From assembly GCF_006345805.1 (NCBI RefSeq), contig NC_043000.1, positions 127,844,001 to 127,908,000 of the forward strand: a DNA stretch of 64,000 bases, written 5' to 3'. Shown one piece after another: positions 54,489 through 64,000 of the stretch. Within the stretch, counting starts at the first letter, position 1, and every line of letters begins with the position of its first letter. The position numbers and the translations under genes were made by a program. The DNA is from Octopus sinensis. Lineage: Eukaryota. The notes under the pieces were generated by a model. The model had not been told where the DNA came from, ran no database searches, and saw only the letters and a program-made list of their open reading frames with translations.

Positions 54489-57169
54489 GTAAGCAGATAG
54501 GTCTTAAAAGTTTCCACACAAATCGTACATCTGCCACTACACTTTCTTGCCAAATATTCATGAATGAAACAGGCCAACTTTTCTAAATAAACTTTGTTAT
54601 AAACATGAGCAACATTTGGCTTTTTTGTAACACAAGTGTGTATAAATTGTCAAAGTAAATATTTTACAGCTGATTACTCTTCCTAACTATTCAGCTGTGA
54701 AGTGGGAATACAAAAGCAACATAAAAGTTGCTCAGCAAATTTTAATACAAGTCAGTGCAATCCTGTAGATGTATGCTGTAATCAGTCTGTAATTTATATT
54801 CATCATACAGCAACTGTTAAACTATGAAACAAACTTTTGTAGATCTTTTATCTTGTTTGGACAAAGTGTTTATTAGCTGGCATGATTTCCTCAGTAACTA
54901 TAAATATACTGATGAAAACAAACTATTTTGGAATAAATGATTCGTTCAACAGAGGAATGAAGAAACAAAGAAAGAGCAGGGTGGGGGGAAAGAAGCAGTA
55001 GGGCTAGGGCTACAGTAAATATGCACCCTACTTCCAATTCTTTAACATAGTTGGTAAAAATATTTGGCCAAATATTACTAAAAGAAACAAAAATTAGCAA
55101 ATTAAAACAAAAATGTTTCCCCATCAAATATAGTCAATATTTGATTTCGTAATCAATATTTTCCATTATCATAGTTGCCAATAAATGAAAGAAATTGCAT
55201 TACTATGGAGCTATGTGAGTGAATCTATTTCTGTTACATTTTGGGTTTTATGTAACCAATTTTGCTATTATTCGTATAATCCATAACTTGCCAAACATAT
55301 GTTACAGTGAATAGAATTGAGCTGTATATTTAATGATACCCAAATAACTTGCTAAAAGCAAGCAAAATGCAGCATTTTAAGGTTTTTCTTTTCTTTTTTT
55401 TTTATACAAAATAATTTGAATTTCCTAACTTTCAGAAGTTTTCAAAATAACACAGCTAGCACTTATGCAAATAACCAATTAGGACAAAAGAAAAAAATAA
55501 CAGGACAAACAGTTGCACTTTTTCTTTTAGTCATTGCATATGCTTGATGCTGAGAACAAACTGCATAACAAGCTACAACTACCAAAAATGTTTATCATAA
55601 TCAAACAATAACTAGTTTGTACCATGTTGTAAATTCTAAATGTTAAGTGGACTGTGAAGGTCAAGCAAATTTAAATAAACACTGCATTAGAGGAAAGAGA
55701 ATTAAAGATGCAGATTAGTGAGGCAGGACAAAGCTTGTAGTCTCCAATAACAGTTAACATTCATCAAAACACTTACACACACACACACACACACCAACCT
55801 AACATTTTATATTCTAGTGAGCACAAAAATCTACCATTTATAACCATACAAAGGAAAGGTTGAATTTAAAAATCAAGTAAAATTGAGAAATTACCATATT
55901 TTTTTCATGTTTAATTTGCACTATTTTATACTTGATTTCAACTGGAAAAAAACTAGAGTACAACTTATACATGGGGCAAAGCTAAAAAAAACTTTGAAGG
56001 AAAAAAAATTGTTTCAAGATTTAATACTAAATTAGCAGTGAGACTTCAACACATAAATATGGTAAATAAGATCCAAATGAGTGGAATTGTTGGGGACTTG
56101 GTCATAGCAGTGAGAAGAAACTTTTTCACACTTCATAATAGACATACTACCACAAAGATTCAATATAAGTTTCTTTTCGTTGATTTCTTCTGTGTATGTC
56201 TACTATAACCAAAAAATCTCATTTTATGTCACAAATTGGCAACAAGTCAATATCTATATCAACACAAACACTAGAAAAATGAGTGATGTCAAAGGCAATA
56301 TTTGGGGACCCAGTAAATTGCTCGTTATGTTTACCATATTCTATTGCATACACACACTCTTCCTTTCTCTCACGCACAAATCTTTTGCTAGGAATTAAAT
56401 AAAAGTACAGTTAAAATACAGATTTAACAAGTAAAATACATAGACAATCATGGGTCTTGTATGCATCATCACATTATGTTGCTACAGTATTTTCAACAAG
56501 GAAAACACCTTAAACCAACACAGCAAACTACATTACACATAAAATTTATTATATCTATTTTTATCAAGAAACCATACAATGAGAACATAATATAAGCAAA
56601 ATTCAGAAATTTCACAACATAGCATGACTCGTTCATATGGTTTTTCCAGTGTGAAAAGATCAGTATCAGTTTTGTAGCTTGAAGAAATCATCTTAGAGAA
56701 AAGGTTGTTGATATATTATAGATATTTTTAAAGAGTTAGGATGTGTTGGAAGGAGAGACTATAACACTTAGGTAGTGAAGTAGTTCAGCAAAGAACAATT
56801 TTGTAATGTAAGGTCCTGAAATGGGTGGCACAATTTTAAAACGATACAATGTGGTGCAGACAAGTGTTTCATACTGGATTTTAAGGGTGCAGCCAGCAAG
56901 AAGCAGCAGTCAGAGGACACAGCATACTGGTAAGGGAAATGTTGTGTGGAATCAGCTTACTGATGGATCAAATGACTTTCTTTCTAAATTCCATCTGAGA
57001 TGTCAGAGATTGAAATGGGCCAGGTCAATACCTCATAGTACAATGAAACTGAACCCAATAACTAGACATTTGCGACTATGCAGTTTTGGTTTTATACATT
57101 TTTGGGGCTGTTTTTCTTTTCCCTTTCTATATTAACACAGATTAGTTTCTCCACCTCTTTCTATATAAA

Positions 57170-57716
57170 CACACGAGCAAAACGCCCACCTCCCGTCCAA
57201 TGGATGGTGCTGAGTTGTCAAACATTTAAACCAAATTTTCTCAAACCAACTTGTCCGACCGTCCCTTTGAGAAACACTGATTTAACCTAAATTTGAGACA
57301 CCAACAAAAGAAGAAATAAAGATAGACTTTTTTCTATACCAAAGAAAAACGATTTTATTCACACAAATATGCAACCAAAGAGTTTAAAGTACCAGTAATG
57401 ATAAGGTTGTTGACTGGGAGAACACAAACATGATTTAAACAGTAAGCTTGGCAGGAAAGAAACGTGCCTTTAAGCAGTACAAAAACAACAAAAAATGGAA
57501 GGTGCAGTTATGTACAGGTTGACAGAAGAAAAGCAGGACAAAAACGGCTTTATCGATCACATTTTCACCTGGAATCAATTTTTGTAATTTTTTCAAGACT
57601 TATACACGCCCTGATATCATCGGTATCTACATATCAAATTTGAGCACAATCGGATGGAGGATGCCCAAGATCCTAGAAGACACACACAGACAGACAGAAC
57701 GGATTTTATATAAATA
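57170..57716 (+). mobile_element. Probable Helitron-like non-autonomous element
   Basis: CpG-rich block ending atcaaatttgagcacaatcggatg...acacacagacagacagaacggattttatata, resembling rolling-circle MITE 3' ends. The 5' boundary is uncertain. Confidence 0.4.
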
Positions 57717-58127
57717 CATAAGTTGTCTTGCTTTTTTGCAAATTAGTGCAAGCAGGAATCTGTGATTAAGATGTTTGCTTTGCATGGTTTCATGTTTAGT
57801 CCCACCATGGGGAAAGTGTCTTCCACTATAGTATCATGCTGCCCAATGCACTGAATTTGGTAGGTGGAAACTATGTGGAAACTTGTTGCACAGCCACAGC
57901 CTTTATGCTGAAAAGAATAAAGGAATGTGTTGGTGTGTATGTGTTTGTCAAACATACCACTTCACAACCAATGTTGGTTTGTTTATGTTCTTGTAACTTG
58001 GAAGTTTGGCAAAAGTGATAGAATAAGTACCAGACTTTAAGACTGAGATCAATTCAACTAAACCCTTCAAGGTGGTGCCCCAGTATGACTGCTGTCCAAT
58101 GACTGAAACAGATAAAAGACAAAAGGC

Positions 58128-58554
58128 ATGTACATTATTTACATTCGACGGATATTTGTCATCATCTTGTTTGTTGTTAACACAACGTTTCAGCTGATAT
58201 ACCCTCCAGCCTTCTTCAGGTGTCTTGGGGAAATTTCAAACCTGGGTTCTCATTCCTAAGGTATTTTTCGATGTTATTATTATTATTATTATTATTGTTG
58301 TTGTTGTTGTTCAGGTCACTGCTTTGAATTGAACTCGGAATCTTGGGGTTAGTAGCCCAAGATTCATAGTTCAATTCCAAGAAGTGACCTGAACAATAAC
58401 AATAATAACATCAAAAAATACCTCAGGAATGAGAACCCAGGTTCGAAATTTCCCCAAGACACCTGAAGAATGCTGGAGGGTGTATCAGCCGAAACATTGT
58501 GTTAACAACAAACAAAATGAGAACAAATATCTGTCGAATGTAAATAATGTACAT
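58128..58554. mobile_element. ~427-bp palindrome: two head-to-head copies of a B-box + hammerhead element
   Basis: Arms pair from atgtacattattt / aaataatgtacat inward to gaatcttggg / cccaagattc, with an 8-nt loop at 58348-58355. Confidence 0.88.
58179..58224 (-). ncRNA. Candidate minimal type I hammerhead ribozyme (Penelope-type)
   Basis: Minus strand: gacac-CTGAAGA-a-GGCTG gagggtatat CAGCT-GAA-ACGT-T-gtgtt. Stem I 5 bp with one GU, stem II 5 bp with one GU, palindromic stem III, GUU triplet. Confidence 0.7.
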
Positions 58555-61137
58555 AATTCCTCATCTGTTAAATACAGAACTGAAAAGACATGTATATTAA
58601 ATTTTTACAGCTTTCTGTTCTTATTGCTAGCCACTCATCTTTGAAGTAATTAGCCATAACATGTCTAATATAATGGCTTTTGTTTTTGTGCCTTAAGTGG
58701 AGCACAAACTAATTGCACCTTTAAGTGGAGTACAAATTAATTTCAATTCACATAAAATACATAAAGAATATAAATGCTTTTAGTATATTAGAAAACAAAA
58801 CTACTGATGGTCTTCAAATGAATTGGTTGAGGAAATATTAATCTTTACACCACATTTCTAGGTCACTATAATTATCTTATATCCATTTTCTATGTCAGCA
58901 TGGCTTGAACAGATTGTCATGAGCTGAGTCAGTTCTTATTCAGAGTTATATATAACCATAGCCATCACTTCTAAGACAATATGACCTGGTTGCATGTGCC
59001 ATGCTTTTGTTAATTGTTCTAGGTATCTACATAGTTGTGATCAGACATAGACACTCTTTCAGTTCTCGTACACATTGATTCTGCAGAATACTATGAATGA
59101 AACAATTGGAGGAGAGAGAGAGTACTAAGCTGGGACTCATTTCAGCTGGGTAGACCAGAGCAACATCAAATGAAGCACACTGCTCACAAATACAACACAC
59201 TCACCAAGACCAGGAATCAACCCCCACCACACACACATTTATAATTGAATCAATGTTTATACTAATAGCACCAGTAGTAATAGTGGTATCTTCTTTTATA
59301 TAGTCTATGTTAATATTTCTCCAAAACTAGATTAAACTCAAGTTGAAATCTCATGTTTAAGCCTAGACCAAGTAAAATAATCTCTGAAGCTTATTATAAA
59401 GATTGGGTTTTTTTTTGTTTTTGTTTTTTCAGTTCTGTATTATATCAACATTGCAGACACACATAAAAAAGAAAATGTCTTAAATAAACAATCAAAGATT
59501 CTCTATCATTCTTCACTATTTCAATTTGATTTACAAATTAAACAGTGAAGTTTGCTCTAAAATCAATAAAATGATTTTGAATCTCTATATATATATACGC
59601 CAGTAAAAACTTGCTTGATCTAGGTGTAAATTTGGAAAATGAATTTAGGTGGCTTCAAATAACACAGTTACTATGACTGCTATTATTGTACAGGTGTGGC
59701 TCTGCGTCATACTACACAGCACCTGAGGTAGGTATCTTCCACTACAGCCCTGGGCCAACCAAAGCCTTGTGAAGAGAAGCTGTGTGTGTGTGTGTGTGTC
59801 TCCTTTTCTGACATCACACAACAGTTATAAACAAGAGTCAACATCATACAGGCAATGTCTTTCATTATCAATCTTTTAGAAAAATATTCCAGCCATGAGG
59901 ACATATTACCTTGCTTGGAAACAGGAGAAGGTTGGTGACAGGAAAGGCATCCAACCATAGAAAAATCTGCCTCAATGAACTCTGTTCAATCCATGCCAGC
60001 ATGGAAAAATTAACATTAAAACAATGACAATGATGATGATTATGATGCTAAAATTATATGGTTGTATAGCAATGTGCAATTAAAAGTACTGACACAGATA
60101 AACAGGATATAGTTATAAAGAAACTATAGAAAAACAGGCTCCAAAACAGTGAACTATAATTACTTCACATCATCATTATAACAAACCAAGCACATTAAAT
60201 GTAAACCAGATAATTTACAAACTAAGCTAATATAGGAATGCTTATAAAATTTTAAAACAACAGCATAGGACCCATGATTTTCAGAAACATTTTTCCATGC
60301 TCAGAACTGTCCAAGGATGGAATATACTACCTGAATTAGTCATTAGCTCTTAGGGTACTGCATGCTTCAAAAATTCCATGCTTCCCACCACTACTCCTGA
60401 CATGCTCATGCACGCTTTCCTCTGTTCACTTTTCTATTTTATTCTATTTTGTGCATGTACTCCTAGCTTTCATTGCTGTCTTTTTTTACCTGTCTTATTG
60501 CTGCTCTCTGTCTTCTCTTTTAACCTTTTCTGACAAGTTGTAGTGCAACAGAGTACTCTATACAGTAAGCTCATCATTATTTTCAAATTGGCAGAATCAT
60601 TAGCATTTTGAATAAAATGCTTAGCAACATTTCCTCGGGCTGTTTGCATTCTGAGTTCACTCCCTGCTAAAGTTAACCTAGCCTTTCAACCTTTTGGGTT
60701 CAATGAAATAAATAAAGTACCAGTCAAGAACAAGGATCGTGTAATCAACTAATCCCCACCCTACTACAATTAGTGGCCCTGCAACAAAATTTCAAACAAT
60801 CATTATAAAATTAGTAATAGAAGCAATATTAGTACCAAATGGCAATCTTCAGGTCCAACTTAACGATGGATGTTTTGTTAGAGCACTGATTTTCTGCATT
60901 ATTTACCTTGAGAGAACCTCTCACATGGACGCAAGGTGCATCAAAGCACATTTATATCATTGGTGGATGAGAGTCATGGCTACAGGTGCTAGAAATACCA
61001 GAACATATGATTCCAATGTACCCCATCTATTCAGTAGCTACATATCAGCCAAATTTCACTGCCAACAATGTATAGAATCTCAGTGACTTTTCAGACACTG
61101 ATGTTGCAAATGACCAACAGAATTATTAAAAAATAAT

Positions 61138-61905
61138 TGGCTGTGTGGTAAGTAGCTTGCTTACCAACTACATGGTTCCGGGTTCAATTCCACTGTGTGG
61201 TACCTTGGGCAAGTGTCTTCAACTATAGCCTTGGGCCAACCAAAGCCTTGTGAGTGAATTTGGTAGATGGAAACTGAAAGAAGCCTGTCGTGTGTGTGTG
61301 TGTGTGTCTATGTTTGTCCCACCAGCATCGCTTAACAACCGATGTTGGTGTGTTCAAGTCCCCGTTACTTAAGCGGTTTGGCAAAAGAGACGGATAGAAT
61401 AAGTACCAGGCTTACAAAGAATAAGTACTGGGGTCGATTTGTTCGACTAAAGGCGGTGCCCCAGCATGGCTGCAGTTAAATGACTGAAACAAATAAATAA
61501 AAAAAATAAAAAGCCAGGCGTAGGAGTGGCTGTGTGGTAAGTAGCTTGCTAACCAATCACATGGTTCTGGGTTCAGTCCCACCATGTGGCACCTTGGGCA
61601 TGTGTCTTCTACTATAGCCTCGGGCTGACCAAAACCATGTGAGTGGATTTGGTAGACCGAAACTGAAAGCCTGTCGTATATGTGTGTGTGTGTGTGTGTG
61701 TGTGTATACGTCTGTGTCTGTCCCCCAACATCGCTTGACAACCGATGCTGGTGTGTTTACGTCCCTGTAACTTAGCAGTTCGACATAAGAGACCTATAGA
61801 GTAAATACTAGGCTTACAAAGAATAAGTCCTGGGGTCGATTTGCTCGACTAAAGGTGGTGCTCCAGCATAGCCACAGTCAAATGCCTGAAACAAGTAAAA
61901 GAGTA
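61138..61905 (+). mobile_element. Two tandem full-length family A SINEs
   Basis: tggctgtgtggtaagtagcttgc... at 61138 and aggcgtaggagtggctgtgtgg... at 61515, each ending gactgaaaca / gcctgaaacaagtaaaagag. Confidence 0.92.
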
Positions 61906-63508
61906 ACAGAAGCAGTATTAATACAAAAAAGCAATCTTTATATCCAGCTTAATGTGGATGTTTAGTTAGAATGCCAAATACTGCATTATTTACCTTGAAA
62001 GGATCTCTCATATGAACTCATGGGGCATAAAAACAGACATATCTATAATGCTGGCATATGAGAATCATCTGTTATGGGTACCAGAACTGCCAGCTCACAT
62101 GATTTCAACGTACCTTGTCTCCTCAGTGGTAGACATCTGGTAAGTGTAGCATTTTTTCTGGCGCTTTACCATCCCGAGTCCAAATACTGCCAAGGTCAAC
62201 TCAGCCTTTCATCCTTATGAAAGTACTAGTCAAGTATTAGGTTGATGTAATTGATTAACCTTTCTCAGTAAAAGTACTGGCCTTGTGCCAAAATTTAAAC
62301 CATTGTTTTTTTTCTTTTTATTAATTTAATATATTTTAAAGTGAAGAGAGGATACATATTAATGAAGAACCCTTCTCTATCCTAATATTATTCTGCATTG
62401 AACATTAAAAAAGAAAAATAAAGAATTAGAAAATGAAAAACCAAAATGGAAAACCAATAATTCAATGTAGCTTTAATAGAAATATACTAAATCAAACCTG
62501 ACCCAGTTGTTGTTTAACCCCAAGTCAGCCCTGATCAAGTAGACTGATCAAAAATGTTCTAGTTGTGGCTAACCTGTCTTTTCATTCAAATACAGAGCAT
62601 CTAGGACTGCAACATCCATTCAATGTGCCCTTCCAGTTATAAAATAGCTGAATGCAATTTGAGGCAAACTTGCTGCTATTTCAAGCAAGTCAAGTAATGC
62701 TGTAGAGGCTCCTTCAATGACTTGAACATGCCCCAGTAGATGGGTCAAGATATTAAATTGGTCAATGAATAGACTGGATAACTCGAATGGAAAATTAATG
62801 ACTTCAGCTTAATCAATAACCACTACAGATATATTAAATGAATCTGATTAAGAAATACATGAATTCATTTGTGCTGTTTTTAATGAATTTTCATAGTCAG
62901 AAACTATAATTGGCTAGTTATATTAATTATAACTAATTAATTATAGCTAATTAATAGAACACTATAAAACCTAATTTTGAGTTCATTACTGCTGCATGAG
63001 AGGGTGGTGGAATGGTTGAAACACAAGAATAGACATCCTTGCAGCGTTATAGTAGAATATACATCATTTACATCCTGAGTTCAACTTTGCCTGTTGTTGC
63101 TCTATGGTCATTAATAATAAATTAAGACCCAACAATGAATATACGTGGGTTGATTAAGCCGACTGTATCTTCATCTATCCTACAGAGTTTAAACTTTGCA
63201 CCAATGTAAGAAATCCGCATTCATTCAAGATACAATAGCTGGATCAAAGTGTGAACAAGACTGAGAAATGGTACCAAGCTTTATGGGTTATCTTCTTTTA
63301 CTTGTTTCAGTCGATGGACTGTGGCCATGATGGAGTCCCATCTTGAAAGGTTTAGTCAAACAAACCAATCCCAGTAAGTCTGGTGTTTATTCTATTAGTC
63401 TCTTTTGCTGAGGTGCTAAGTTACAAGGACATAATCAAGCCAACACTGGTTGTCAAACATTAGTGGGTACAAATACATCCCAGCCAAGCTGCAGCAATTT
63501 TTGTCTGG

Positions 63509-63680
63509 TTCCCAAAGCATCAAGTGCCGAAAATGAAGTTTCTTATCTTCCATTTTAAAGGGTTACAGAATTAACACAGGTTATAGGAACATAAATTTTC
63601 TTCCACGAAAAGATAGCTTAAACTGGGCTCTAAATGGAGGTGTAGTCAAATCCTATTTTATGGACTCAACCATATTCTAA
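63509..63680 (-). mobile_element. mariner transposon 5' remnant
   Basis: 63553 to 63509 encodes MEDKKLHFRHLMLWE, resembling the mariner transposase N-terminus (HFRH.LL.EF). The similarity is lost after this. Confidence 0.6.
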
Positions 63681-64000
63681 AATAAGTCGAAAGCTAAGCT
63701 ACTATAAATCAGCACAAACCACATATCCCTTAAATCACATTCTACTGCCTTAAAAAGTAAGTATGCATAGGATAATGTAGTTCTGACAAAATACAAACAA
63801 ACATTGAAGAGAAGCTGATGAAAGCTGGAATGCTTTTGATCAGAGATTTGCTTGATTAGGACTGACCAATGGTTAAACAGTAACAAGGTAAGAATTTCAC
63901 ACAATCTTATTCTGGTCTTTCATGAAGTTATTACTTTGTGTACAAGTATGAAACTATTATATCAATCATCAGTCACACCAAGGATTTATGTGTTTGTACA

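Noticed and set aside
60525-60570. Possible decayed hammerhead ctgacaa-gttg tagtg caac-agag
   Set aside because: Both core halves deviate and no convincing stem I is present.
61138-61230. tRNA gene
   Set aside because: The A- and B-boxes belong to SINE heads. No complete cloverleaf or acceptor stem is seen anywhere in the window.
63790-63860. IEEKLMK...DLLD resembling SCFD1 YEEKIMSK...SLLD
   Set aside because: Wrong strand, followed by a stop, and part of a family D repeat.

Overview
AT-rich, repeat-dense animal genomic DNA; the SINE families suggest an octopus or other coleoid cephalopod (inference). The only gene I can support is a partial SCFD1 (Sly1, Sec1/Munc18 family) on the minus strand. 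Four GT-AG exons (29121-29200, 18579-18641, 7262-7337, 3416-3519) splice in frame to AELDQYCMAFKASNLDITPIQYIRRWK-AYTKISVGPAQYGGGGTKTIG-MFSKLMNQGSQFVMEGVKNLVVKKH-NLPVTRIVDALMELKSLPEIEDFRYFDPKLLRGDG. I found no flanking exons, so the rest of the window is probably SCFD1 intron. It holds dozens of SINE copies (about four families), a 5'-truncated CR1-type LINE, a mariner remnant, piggyBac-like and fold-back MITEs, a Helentron-like end and several mini/microsatellites. Almost all ORFs in the track are repeat artefacts. Most interesting: three unrelated palindromic insertions each carry a minimal hammerhead-ribozyme motif (about 11.4, 36.3 and 58.1 kb), and one joins a tRNA-like B-box head to the hammerhead, a candidate Penelope-mobilised SINE. 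Also notable is a fold-back element whose inner 31 bp has expanded to 42 tandem copies next to an exon. Repeat boundaries were read by eye and are approximate.
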